From positions 98,396,001-98,460,000 of the forward strand of contig NC_086108.1 of assembly GCF_963921235.1 (NCBI RefSeq): DNA of 64,000 nt, given 5' to 3'. The notes under the pieces were generated by a model that was not told the DNA's origin, did not search any database, and saw nothing but the letters and a program-made list of their open reading frames with translations. Every line of letters begins with the position of its first letter. The stretch's first letter is position 1. The position numbers were made by a program, and so were the translations under genes. Positions 1 to 12,404 of the stretch are shown piece after piece. This DNA is from Mobula hypostoma. Lineage: Eukaryota.

Positions 1-950
1 CATCAGGTTGGAGGCTACTCAGACGGAATATAAGGTGCTGTTCCTCCAACCTGAGTGTGGCTTCATCTTTACAGTAGAGGAGGCCGTGGATAGACTTATC
101 AGAATGGGAATGGGACATGGAATTTCTCCCCCATTTCACGCAAATCTGCTCTCACTCCATCCTCCCGCCACCCCACCAGGATTAGGGTTCCCCTTGTCCT
201 CACCTACCACTCCACTAGCCTCCGGGTCCAACATATAATTCTCCGTAAATTCCGCCACCTCTAACGGGATCCCACCACTAAGCACATCTGTCCCTCCCTC
301 CCCTCTTTCTACCTACTGCGGGGATCGCTCCCTACGTGACTCCCTTGTCCATTCATTGCTCCCATCCCTCCTCACTGATCTCCTTCCTGGCACTTATCCT
401 TGTAAGTGGAACAAGTGCTACACATGCCCTTACATTTCCTCCCTTACCACCATTCAGGGCCTCAGACAGTCCTTCCAGGTGAGGCGACACTTCACCTGTG
501 AGTCGGCTGGGGCGATATACTGCGTCCGGTGCTCCCGATGTGGCCTTCTATATATTGGCGAGACCCGACGCAGACTGGGAGATCGTTTCGCTGAACACCT
601 ATGCTCTGTCTGCCAGAGAAAGCAGGATCTCCCAGTGGCTACACATTTTAATTCCACATCCCATTCCCATTCTGATATGTCTATCCACGGCCTCCTCTAC
701 TGTAAAGATGAAGCCACACTCAGGTTGGAGGAACAACACCTTATATTCCGTCTGGGTAGCCTCCAACCTGATGGCATGAACATTGACTTCTCTAACTTCC
801 GTTAATGCCCCACCTCCCCCTCGTAGCCCATCCGTTATTTATTTGTATACACATATTCTTTTTCTCTCTCTCCCTTTTCTCCCTCTGTCCCTCTGACTAT
901 ACCCTTTGCCCATCCTCTGGGCTTTTTCCCCTTCCCCTTTTCTTTCTCCC
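1..950. mobile_element. Penelope-like element (PLE), inverted arrangement: minus-strand fragment 1-124 joined to plus-strand copy 125-950
   Basis: 1-124 is the reverse complement of about 647-775. The plus copy encodes the GIY-YIG C-terminus and is near-identical to 21873-22812 and 45955-47116. Confidence 0.9.
356..805 (+). pseudogene. PLE GIY-YIG endonuclease domain (5'-truncated)
   Basis: C..C..C linker followed by AIYCVRCSRCGLLYIGETRRRLGDRFAEH ... L.P.GMN, the typical Penelope endonuclease signature. Confidence 0.9.
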
Positions 951-1439
951 TAGAGTGTTGCTTGAAACTCCTTACACGTGGTGATGGGAAATGAACCTTG
1001 CCACTTGTACTGTAAAGCATTGTGCTAACCACTACTCTACAGTGCTGCCCCCAAACTTCGTCTGTCCTACTTGACATCCTACCTAGATTAGAACCATTTG
1101 CCAATGTGGGAAATATGACATTCATTCCCCTCAGCCATATTGTTGATTTAGATTGCGAATAGCTGTTGTTTAAACACTGATGTACCCCACTATTACAGTT
1201 TATGAACCTTAGAAATCTCCAGTTTCTGTCCTATAACCAGTTCTCAGTTCATGTTATTACACAACTCCAGACATCAAGAGCTCTGACTTAACTGTCCAAA
1301 CTTTATCAGAAGTCTGCTGAAAATACAAGCACATCACATTTATTTATCCCCTTATTTATTGCATCAGATAAATCCTCAAAGAACTCCGAAGGATAAGTCA
1401 CTGGTTTTCATAATAAATTAATTATTTCCTTTATAAAAT

Positions 1440-1830
1440 CCAAGTAGACTGTTCAATAAATAAATCAGCCATGACAGAAAAGCAGAGCAGTTTGATGGGC
1501 TGAATGGCCCAATTTGCTCCCATGGGCTAATTTGTTATGGTCAAATACTCTTCTTATAAAGTGTTCTGCAATTACAAACTTCTTTATACAATGCAATATC
1601 TTCACTATCACTGATGTTAGGATAACACCTCCTGTTTTCTCTTTTTCTCCTTTCTTAAAGAGTGTGGTCACACTTGATAACTTCAAATCAACTGGTACAA
1701 TTTCAGAATCTATGGCACATCGGAGGATGATAATTAGTGTGTTCCCCACCTCAAACGCCACCTTGTTCAAATCCCTGGGAAGTAGAAGATCAGATCCTGA
1801 GGGTTATCAGCCTTTAGTCCCTCCAGTTTC
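1440..1830 (-). mobile_element. Degraded CR1 LINE fragments
   Basis: Minus-strand translation DSEIVPVDLK..VTTLFKKG matches the CR1 RT N-terminus. Confidence 0.6.
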
Positions 1831-1889
1831 TCTAATACTTATTTTTACTGACACAAAGTTCAAAGTTCATTTATTATCAATTTATGTAT

Positions 1890-2790
1890 ACTATAAGACC
1901 ATAGGATCATAAGATATAGGAGCAGAAGTAGGCCATTTGGCTCGAGTCTGCTCCGCCATTCAATCATGGGCTGATCCAATTCTTCCAGTCATCCCCACTC
2001 CCCTGCCTTCAGCCCATACCTTTTGATGCCCTGGCTAATCAAGAACCTATCTATCTCTGCCTTAAATACACCCAATGACTTGGCCTTCACAACCCCTCAT
2101 CTCAACAAATTCCACAGATTTACCACCCTCTGACTAAAGTAATTTCTCTGCATCTCAGTTCTAAAAGGACGTCCTTCAATCCTGAAGCCGTGCCCTCTTG
2201 TCTTTGAATCCCCTACCATGGGAAATAACTAACCTGTTCAGGCCTTTTAACATTTGTAATGTTTCTATGAGATCCCTCCTCACTCTCCTGAACTCCAGGG
2301 AATACAGCCCAATAGCTGCCAGACATTTCTCATACGGTAACCCTTTCATTCCTGGAATCATTCTCGTGAATCTTCTCTGAACCCTCTCCAATGTCAGTAT
2401 ATCCTTTCTAAAATAAGGAGCCCAAAACTGCACACAATACTCCAAGTGTGGTCTCACAAGTGCTTTATAGAGCCTCAACATCACATCCCTGCTCTTATAT
2501 TCAATACCTCTAGAAATGAATGCCAATATTGCATTCGTCCTCTTCACAACAGACTCAAATCCGCATTTTGAACTCTCTCCCCATCTAAATAACAGTTTTC
2601 CCATTTATTTCTTCCACCAAAGTGCAAGATCATACACTTCCCAACATTGTATTTCATTTGCCACTTCTTTGTCCATTCCCCTAAACTATCTAAGTCTCTG
2701 TTTCCTCAACACTACCTGCTCCTCCACCCATCTTTGTATCATCGGCAAATTTAGCCATAAAATCCATTAATCCCATAGTCCAAATCATTG
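1890..2790 (-). mobile_element. CR1 LINE 3' fragment
   Basis: LYKALVRPHLEYCVQFWAP...RVQRRFTRMIPG, plus the CR1 3' UTR and short-repeat tail at about 1890-1925. Confidence 0.9.
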
Positions 2791-2954
2791 ATATACATCG
2801 TACGATATACAATCTTGAAATTTGACTTCTTACAAGCAGCCACAGAACCAAAGAAACCCAACAGAACCCGCTAAAAAAAGACCATCAAACACCTAATGTG
2901 TGAAAAAAATACTTATCTTCTTCAGTTTCTAAGACCATAAGACCAAAAGATCAC

Positions 2955-3303
2955 AAAGTGATGCCTCAAAAAGGCAGCATCTATCATTAAGGATCCCCAT
3001 CACTCAGGACATACGGCCTGTTCAACGATGGAGGTACAGGAGCCTGAAGACGGATACTCAGTGCTTTAGAAAAAGCTTCTTTCCCTCAATCATCACATTT
3101 CTGAATGGACAATGAACCCCTGTACACCATTTCACTTCTTTCATTCTTTTGCCCTCTTTATGCACTGCTTATTTAATTTATTGTGTTTACATTTCTTACT
3201 GAAATATATAGTGTAGGTTTATTACCTATTGCAATGTACTACTGCTGTAAACAAGAAATTTCATGACATATGCCAGTGATATGAGACCTGACTCTGATTC
3301 TGA
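2955..3303 (+). mobile_element. Rex1/Babar-type LINE 3' fragment
   Basis: Remnant of KAASIIKDP.H...RYRSL...SFFP and a (CTGATT)-type tail. Same family as 19740-20525. Confidence 0.7.
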
Positions 3304-3419
3304 CGCAACCGTGGCACTCCCTAAGATAACAAGTCCCCTTTTATGGAAGTCTGCATTCCCAGACAGCCTCAAAATACAGTAAACTCTAACGTACCGAGTG
3401 CCATTCCCACCTCATCCTC

Positions 3420-4006
3420 TTTAGACCATAAGACTGTAAAATATAAGGGTAGAATTAGGCCATCTTGCCCATCGAGCCTGCTCCGCCATTTCATCATGGC
3501 TGATCAATTTTTCCTCTCAGCCTCAATCTCCTGCTTTCTCCCTATATTTCTTCATGCCCCGACCAACCTCTGCCTTAAATATACATAAAGATACACAGCT
3601 GCTTGTGACAGAATTCCACATGTTCACTACTCTCTGGCTAAAGAAATTCATTCTCAAAAGACGGCCCTCTATTCTGAGGCTGTGTCCTCTGGTCTTAGAC
3701 TCTCCCATCATAGGAAACATCCTCTCCACATCCACTCTATCAAGGCCTTTCACCATTCAATAGATTTCAATGAGGTCACCCCTCATTCTTCTGAATTCCA
3801 GCGAATACGGGATCAGAGCCATCAAACGCTCTTCATATGACAAGCCACTCAATCCTGGTATCGTTTTCGTGAACCTCCTTTGAACCATCTTCAGTTTAAG
3901 CACATCCTTTCTACGATAAGAGGCCCAGAGCAGCTCACAATACTCCAAGCAAGGCCTTACTAATGCTTTATAGAGTCTCAATATTACATCCTTGGCTTTT
4001 ACACTC
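3420..4006 (-). mobile_element. CR1-A (oldest layer of the nest), 3' part; continues at 11675-11769 and 16052-18060
   Basis: Breaks at ...ttttacactc (4006) and resumes in register at tagtcctcttg (11675), rebuilding AMLVFIARGLE.KAKDVILRLYKALVRP. Confidence 0.85.
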
Positions 4007-4240
4007 CGGCGGCCCAATCAGCTCACAGTGAGGAGGTTTCTCACAGGTCAGCGGGAGCAGCACAGGCACCAGAAAATAAATGTACAGAAGGCACAAGCGG
4101 AAGCGGCCATTTTCGGGAGTGGGCCTGTGGTGAGAGTGGGAGTGTCAGGATTTGGCTCAAAGGAGGCTTTGGCTCTGGGTAAGTTTCTGTTAAGTTTCTC
4201 TTTTTTACTTCCTGTGTCAGAGGTAGTTAGTGTAGTTTAA

Positions 4241-5205
4241 ATGGCCATTGTGTGTTCTTCATGCTGGATATCTGACTCCTGAGAGACCCAGAGTCTCCCA
4301 GGGAACTACATCTGTGTGAAGTGCATCCGGCTACAGATCCTTGAAGACCGTGTTAGGAATCTGGAGCAGCAGCTGGATGACCTTTGACTTGTACGGGAGA
4401 GTGAGGAGATAATCGATCAGAGTTATAAAGTAGTCACCACTAAGTCGTAGGAGGTGGGTAGCTGAGTGACAGTCAGGAGAAGGAGTGGGATGGTGATTAG
4501 GCAATTAGCACAGAGCACCCCTGTGGCCATTCTCCTCCATAATGAGCACACTGTTTTAGATACTGTTGTGGGGGATGACCTCCCAGGGGGATGCCATGGA
4601 GACTGGGTTACTGGTACTGAGCATGGGTCCATGGTGCAGAAGGGAAAGAGAGAGAAGGAAAGAGCGGTAATGATAGGGGACTCAATAGTCAGAGGAACAG
4701 ACAGGAGATTCTTTGGACGTGAACGGGACACCCGGATGGTATGTTGCCTCCCAGGTGCCAAGGTCAGGGAAGTCTCAAATTGCGTCCACAGCATTTTGGA
4801 GGGGGAGGGAGAGCAGCCAGATGTCCTGGTACATGTTGATACCAATGACATAGGAAGGAAAAGCAATGAGGTCCTGAAGAGAAAATTTAGAGAGCTGGGC
4901 CAGAAAGCTGAGAAGCAGGACCTCCAGGGTAATAATTTCTGGATTGCTACCTGTGCCACATACCAGCGAGGGCAGAAACAGGATGATCTGGCAGGTAAAT
5001 GCGTGGCTGAGAAGCTGGTGCAGGGGGCAGGGCTTCAGGTTCTTGGATCATTGGGATCTCTTCTGGGGGAGGCATGACCTGTATAAAGAGACAGGTTGCA
5101 CCTGAACCTGAGGAGGACCAATATTCTTGCGGGCAGGTTTGTTCGGGAGGGTTTAAGCTAATTTGGCAGGGAGATGGGAACTGGGGTGAAGGGACTCAGG
5201 ATAGG
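4241..5205 (+). pseudogene. CR1-B ORF1 (Zn finger, coiled coil, SGNH esterase-like domain), disrupted
   Basis: CxxC..CxxC, then LEDRVRNLEQQLDDL, GDSIVRG, CCLPGA and VHV.TND. Contains stops and frameshifts. Confidence 0.85.
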
Positions 5206-5329
5206 ATGGATGGTAAAAAAGCGAAGTTAGTGTGCAGTCAGACTGTCAGGAGGGCAGGAAGATGATAGGACAAAAATGAAGCTAGTAGGGTGAGTCTCAG
5301 TGCATTGGAATCAAAAGGGTAGTAAATAC

Positions 5330-8077
5330 AGTAATCGAAGTGTTATATCTCAATGCATGGAGTATAAGAAATAAGGTGGATCATCTTGTTGCACTTTCAC
5401 AGATTGTTGAGTATGATATTGTGGCTGTCACTGAATTGTGGCCGAAGAATGGTTGTAGTTGGGAGCGGAATGTTCAAGGTTACATGTTGTATCAGAGGGA
5501 CAGGAAGGTAGGCAGAGGGAGTGGCGTGGCTCTGTGGGTAAAGAATGGCATCAAATCAGTAGAAAGATGTGACATAGGATCGGAAGATGTTGAATCCTTG
5601 TGGGTTGAGTTAAGAAACTGCAGGGGTAAAAGGATCCTGATGGCAGTTATATACAGGCCTCCCAATAGTAGCTGGGATATGGTCTACAGATTACAATGAG
5701 AAATAGAAAAGGCATGTCAAAAGTGCAATGTTATGATAGTAATGGGAGATTTTAACATGCAGGCAGATTGGAAAACTCAGGTTGGTTATGGATCCCAAGA
5801 GAGTGAATTTGCTGAAAGCCTACGAGATGGCTTTTTTGAGCAGTTCATTATTGAGCCTGCTAGGACATCAGCTATACTGGATTGGGTGTTATGTAATAAA
5901 CTGGAGGTGATTAGGGAGTTTAAGGTAAAATAACCCTTTGGAGGCAATGATCACAATGTGATTGAGTTCAACTTGAAAGTAAAGTTAGACAGTATTTCAG
6001 TGGAGTAAAGAATATTACCGTCGTATGAGAGAGAAGTTGGCCAAAATAAATTGGAAGGAGATGCTGGCAGGGATGACAGCTGAGCAGTAATGGTGTAAGT
6101 TTCTGGGAAAAATAAGGAAAGTGCAGGACTTGTGTATTCCACAAACAAAAAAAAATACTCAAATGGCAAAATTGTATAACCACTGCTGCCAAGGGAAGTC
6201 AAAGTTAATATAAAAGCAAAAGAAAAGGGCATATAACAAAGCGAAAATTAACAGGAATGTAAAGGATTGGGAAGTTTTTAAAACCCTACAGAAAGCAACT
6301 AAAATAATCATTAGGAGGGAAAAGATAAAATATGAAAGCAAGCTAACAAACAATAGAAAAAGCTTTTTCAAGTATATAAAAGGTAAAAGAAAGTTGAGAG
6401 TGGATATAGGAACGCTAGAAAATAAGGCCAGAGAAATAATAACAAGGTACAAGATGAACTAAATGAGTATCTTGCATCAGCCTTCACTGTGGAGGATAGT
6501 AGCAGTGTGCCAGATGTTGAAAGGCGTAAGCAAAGAGAAGTGAGTGCAGTTACTATTACAAGGGAGAAGGTCCTCAAAAAGCAGGAAGACCTAAGGGTAC
6601 ATAAGTCACGCGGACCAGATGAACTGCACCCTAGGGTACTGAAAGAGGTAGTGGTAGAGATTGTGGAGATATTAGTAATGATCTTTCAGGAATCATTGGA
6701 CTCTGGCATGGTGCCAGAGGACTGGAAAATTGCAAATGTCACTCCACTCTTTAAGAAAGGAGAGAGGCAGCAGAAAGGAAATTATAGACTAGTTAGCCTG
6801 ACCTCAGTGGTTGGGAAGATGTTGCAGTCATTTTTTAAGAATGTTTCTATGGAATACTTGGTGACAGAGGACAAGATAGGACAAAGTCAGCATGGTTTCC
6901 TTCAGGAAAAATCTTGCCTGATGAAGCTGTTGGAACTGTTTGAGGAGATTACAAGTAGGATAGATAAAGGGGATGTAGTGGATGTTGTATGTTTGGACTT
7001 TCAGAAGACCTTTGACAAGGTGTCACACATGAGGCTGCTTACCATGTTAAGAGCCCTTGGTAATACAGGAAAGTTACTAGCATGGTTAGAGCATTGGCTA
7101 ATTGGTAGGAGGCAGCGAGTGGGAATAAAAGGATCCTTTTCTGGTTGGCTGCCAGTGACCAGTGGTGTTGGTGTTGTGACCGCTTCTTTTTATGCTGTAT
7201 ATCAATGATTTACATGATGGAATAGAAGGCTTTGTTGCCATGTTTGCAGATGAAACAAAGATTGGTGGAGGGACAGGTAGCGTTGAGGAATAAGGAAGGC
7301 AGTAGAAGGACTTCGACAGATTAGGAGGGTGGTCAAGAAAGTGGCAAATGAAATTAAATGTTGGAGAATGTATGGTAATACACTTTGGTAGAAGAAATAA
7401 ATGTGCAGACTATTTTCTAAACAGGGAGAAAATCCAAAACTCTGAGATGCAAAGGGACTTGACAGTCCTTGTGCAGAACATCCTAAGGGTTAACTTGCAG
7501 GTTTAATTGGTGTTGAGGAAGGCAAATGCAATGTTTGCATTCATTTCAAGATTTCCAGAATATAAGAGCAAGGATGTGATGCTAAAGATTTATAAGGCAC
7601 TGGTGAGGCCTCAACTTGAGTATTAAGAACAGCTTTGGGCTCCACATCTAAGAAAAGATGAGCTGGCATTGGAAAGGGTCCAGAGGAGGTTCACAAGGAT
7701 GATTCTGGGAATGAAAGTGTTATCATTTGAGGAACGTTTGATGGCTCTGGGTCTGTACTCACTGAAATTTTGAAGGCTGAGGGGGGGATCTCATTGAAAC
7801 CTTTTGAATGTTGAAAGGCCTCGACAGAGTAGATATGAAAAGGATGTTTCCCATGGTGGGGGAGTCTAGGACAAGAGGGCACAGCCTCAGGATAGAGGGG
7901 CGTCCATTCAAAACAGAGATGCAGAGAAATTTCTTTAGCCAGAGGGTGGTGAACTCGTGGAATTTGTTACCAGCTGTAGAGGCCAGGTTATTGGGTGTAT
8001 TTAAGGCGGAGATTGATAGGTTCTTGATTGGCCATGTTATCAAAGGTTATGTGGAGAAGGTTGGGGAGCGGGGCTGA
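5330..8077 (+). pseudogene. CR1-B ORF2 (APE plus reverse transcriptase), disrupted
   Basis: YLNA.SI.NK, YRPP, GDFN, GPDELHPRVLKE, LDFQK.FDKV and FADE in several frames. Confidence 0.9.
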
Positions 8078-9297
8078 ACATAGAACATAGAATAGTACAG
8101 CACAGTACAGGCCCTTCGGCCCACAATGTTGTGCCGACCCTCAAACCCTGCCTCCCATATAAGCCCCCACCTTAAATTCCTCCATATACCTGTCTAGTAG
8201 TCTCTTAGACTTCATTAGTGTATCTGCCTCCACCACTCAGGCAGTGCATTCCATGCACCAACCACTCTCTGAGTAAAAAACCTTCCTCTACTATCCCCCT
8301 TGAACTTCTCACCCCTGACCTTAAAGCCATGTCCTCTTGCATTGAGCAGTGGTGCCCTGGGGAAGAGGCGCTGGCTATCCACTCTATCTATTCCTCTTAA
8401 TATCTTGTATACCTCTATCATGTCTCCTCTCATCCTCCTTCTCTCCAAAGAGTAAAGCCCTAGCTCCCTTAATCTCTGATCATAATGCATACTTTCTAAA
8501 CCAGGCAGCATCCTGGTAAATCTCCTCTGTACTCTTTCCAATGCTTCCACATCCTTCCTATAGTGAGGTGACCAGAACTGGACACAAGTGTGGCCTAACC
8601 AGAGTTTTATAGTGCTGCATCATTACATCGCGACTCTTAAACTCTATCCCTCGACTTATGAAAGCTAACACCCCATAAGCTTTCTTAACTACCCTATCCA
8701 CCTGTGAGGCAACTTTCAGGGATCTGTGGACATGTACCCCGAGATCCCTCTGCTCCTCCACACTACCAAGTATCCTGCCATTTACTTTGTACTCTGCCTT
8801 GGAGTTTGTCCTTCCAAAGTGTACCACCTCACACTTCTCCGGGTTGAACTCCATCTGCCACTTCTCAGCCCACTTCTGCATCCTATCAATGTCTCTCTGC
8901 AATCTTTGACAATCCTTTACACTACCTACAACACCAGCAACCTTTCTGTCGTCTGCAAACTTGCCAACCCACCCTTCTACCCCCACATCCAGGTCGTTAA
9001 TAAAAATCACGAAAAGTAGAGGTCCCAGAACAGATCCTTGTGGGACACCACTAGTCACAATCCTCCAATCTGACTGTACTCCCTCCACCACGACCCTCTG
9101 CCTTCTGCAGGCAAGCCAATTCTGAATCCACCTGGCCAAACTTCCCTGGATCCCATGCCTTCTGACTTTCTGAATAAGCCGTGCAGTGGAAAGAGGCCAG
9201 TGAGTGACTGAGCCAGTGAAGGAGTGGAGCTTTGAGGCTTTGACTCGAGAGGCTTAGAAGAGGTGAAGGGCAAGCTAGCTCGCAGTTAGTTTTTACA

Positions 9298-10260
9298 ATG
9301 TCTCCTGAGATGGTGATGTGCCTCTCATGCGAGATGTGGCAGTCTTGGGGGAACTCCCCTCTCCCGCAGAGTCACATCTGCCAGAAGTGCATACGGCTGG
9401 GTGATCTGGAAGACCGTGTAAGGAATCTGGAGCAGCAGCTGGATGACCTTCGACTCATAAGGGAGAATGAGGCAGTCATAGATGAGAGCTACAGGGAGGT
9501 AGTCACACCTAGGCTGCCGGAAGCAGGCCGTTGGGTGACAGTCAGAGGGGGGAAAGCGAAGGTGAGCAGACAGGTAGTGCAGAGCATCCCTGTAGCCATT
9601 CCCCTGAATAATGTCTACCTTCCTGGATACTGTTGGCGGGGATGATCAACGAGGTGTGAGCCATGGTGGCAGGGCCTCCGGCACTGAGTCTGACCCTATG
9701 GTGCAGAAGGGTGGGATGGAGAAGAGGAGAGCTGTCGTCATTGGAGACTCTACAGTCAGGGGAGCAGACAGGAGATTTTGTGGACGTGAGAAGGACACCT
9801 GCATGGTTTGTTGTCTCCCGGGTGCCAGGGTCCGGGATGTCTCTGACCGGGTGCAGGACATCCTGGTACGAGAGGGAAAGCAACTAGAAGTTGTGATACA
9901 TGTTGGGACCAACGACATAGGCATGAAGAGGGATGAGGTCCTGAAGTGTGAGTTTCGGGAACTAGGCAGAAGGCTGAAGAACAGGACCTCAAGGGTGGCG
10001 TTCTCAGGATTGCTGCCAGTGCTATGTGACAGTGATGGTAAGAATTGGAGGAGATGGCAGTTGAATGCGTGGCTGAGGAGTTGGTGCAGGGAGCAGGGTT
10101 TTAGATTTTTGGATCATTGGGATCTCTTCTGGGGAAGGTGAGACCTGTGCAGATTGGATGGGTTGCACCTGAACTCGAGGGGGAGCAATATCCTTACAGG
10201 TAGGTTTGCTAGCATGGTTCAGGAGGGTTTAAACTAATTTGCGAGGGGGATGGGACCCAG
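9298..10260 (+). pseudogene. CR1-C ORF1 (Zn finger plus SGNH esterase-like domain)
   Basis: CLSC..CQKC, GDSTVRG, HVGTND and DGLHLN motifs, with one frameshift and one stop. Confidence 0.85.
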
Positions 10261-10272
10261 AGCAATAGAGCA

Positions 10273-11575
10273 GTGAAAGAAGTGCATGGAGTAAAGCCAG
10301 ATCTAACATATAGAGAGGCTTTGAGGAAAGAGAAGCAGAATAAACGGTGTAAAGACAGTAAGGGAGAAGGGCTGAAATGTGTGTACCTCAATGCAAGAAG
10401 CATCAGGAACAAAGGTGATGAACTGAGAGCTTGGATACATACATGGAATTATGATGTGGTGGCCATTACAGAGACTTGGCTGGCACCAGGGCAGGAATGG
10501 ATTCTCAATATTCCTGGATTTCAGTGCTTTAAAAGGGATAGAGAGGGCAGAAAAAGGGGAGGAGAGGTGGCATTACTGGTCAGGGATACTATTACAGCTA
10601 CAGAAAGGGTGGGTAATGTAGCAGGATCCCCTTTTGAGTCAATATGGGTGGAAGTCAGGAACAGGAAGGGAGCAGTTACTCTATTGGGGGTATTCTATAG
10701 GCCCCCTGGTAGCAGCAGAGATACAGAGGAGCAGATTGGGAGGCAGATTTTGGAAAGGTGCAAAAATAACAGGGTTGTTATCATGGGTGACTTTAACTTC
10801 CCTGATATTGATTGGCACCTGATTAGTTCCAAGGGTTTAGATGGGGCAGAGTTTGTTAAGTGTGTCCAGGACGGATTCCTGTCACAGTATGTGGACAGTC
10901 CGACCAGGAGGAATGCCATACTAGATCTAGTACTAGGTAATGAACCGGGTCAGGTCACAGATATCTCAGCGGGTGAGCATCCGGGAGACAGTGACCATCG
11001 CTCCCTGGTCTTTAGGATTATCATGGAAAAGGATAGAATCAGAGAGGACAGGAAAATTTTTAATTGGGGAAAGGCAAATTATGAGGCTATAAGGCTAGAA
11101 CTTGCGGGTGTGAATTGGGATGATGTTTTTGCAGGGAAATGTACTATGGACATGTGGTCGATGTTTAGAGATCTCTTGCGGGATATTAGGGATAAATTTG
11201 TCCCGGTGAGGAAGATAAAGAATGGTAGGGTGAAGGAACCATGGGTGACAAGTGAGGTGGAAAATCTAGTCAGGTGGAAGAAGGCAGCATACATGAGGTT
11301 TAGGAAGCAAGGATCAGATGGGTCTATTGAGGAATATAGGGAAGCAAGAAAGGAGCTTAAGAAGGGGCTGAGAAGAGCAGGAAGGGGGCATGAGAAGGCC
11401 TTCGCGAGTAGGGTAAAGGAAAACCCCAAGGCATTCTTCAATTAAGTGAAGAAAAAAAGGATGACAAGAGTGAAGGTAGGACCGATTAGAGATAAAGGTG
11501 GGAAGATGTGCCTGGAGGCTATGGAAGTGAGCAAGGTCCTCAATGAATACTTCTCTTCGGTATTCACCAATGAGA
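10273..11575 (+). pseudogene. CR1-C ORF2 N-terminal part (APE domain plus linker)
   Basis: 390-aa ORF with YLNARSIRNK, ITETW, YRPP, GDFN and SDH. Confidence 0.9.
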
Positions 11576-11769
11576 GGGCTGAGGTGGGGGAAAGAACCCG
11601 GATCAGCCATGATTGAATGGTGGAGCAGACTCGATGGGCCAAATGGCCTAATTCTGTTCCTATGTCTTGTGGTCTAGTCCTCTTGCAATGAATACTAACA
11701 TTGCATTTGCATTCCTCACCACAGACTCAATCTATAAATTAACCTTTAGGGATTCCTGCACAAGGACTC

Positions 11770-12396
11770 TGTGTTGCCCTTAAGGCATTTATTTGACTTT
11801 GTTAAATTTCTGCTTTAAATAATTTGTTTGTAACTATTTTCTAGTTAAAGTTAAAGATAAAATTCATTGTCTATGGTATATCGCGGCATGTGATGATGTC
11901 ACCTCCGGTTTCGCCGTGCTTTGGGGGTAACTCTCTAGCTCGGAGAAGGTGAAAAGGTGGGGCTGTGCATGCAGCATGAATGTGGAGAGCTCTGTGTCTA
12001 TCCACAAAGAAACACTATAGAAGTAACGCCGTAAGTTCCCATGACAGTATTTGAAGTAAAAATATTAATGCAGATTCTGTTAAAGGAAGCGGCGCGCGTG
12101 GCGGCTTTTCAATTTCAAACGTGGGGTCGGCTCGAGCCCGGCGGCAGTTTGACGTGACCCCCTCCCTCCCCTGGGCGGCTGGAGACACTCGATAAAAGAA
12201 GAGAGATTGTGTGGTCTCAAGAATGAAACATACACTGTATATGTTTGTATTTTTTTTAAAAACAGTTTTCAGCATACGATGTTAATGTGGAAGAGTGAAC
12301 AGTACATTGTTAACCTTACTATGACTCTGTCTTCATTGGCTCTGGTTTAATTTGGTGTTTAGTCAGAGTTTCAACACACTGCACGAGAACACTACA
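11770..12396 (+). repeat. 5' LTR (627 bp)
   Basis: Direct repeat of 15425-16051; starts TGTG and ends TACA. Confidence 0.95.
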
Positions 12397-12404
12397 GTGA
12401 AAAG

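Larger units (their letters stand above)
8078..11575. mobile_element. CR1-C: single insertion with inverted 5' half (3' part minus 8078-9180; 5' part plus about 9183-11575)
   Basis: GGGCTGA flanks both sides (8071-8077 and 11576-11582). The (ATAGAAC) tail is at 8078. RT C-half is on minus; ORF1 and APE are on plus. Confidence 0.85.
4007..11674 (+). mobile_element. CR1-B, apparently full length (4007-8077 plus 11583-11674), interrupted by CR1-C
   Basis: 5' UTR, ORF1, ORF2 (apurinic endonuclease [APE] plus RT). The 3' UTR resumes after the GGGCTGA duplication at 11576-11582. Confidence 0.9.
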
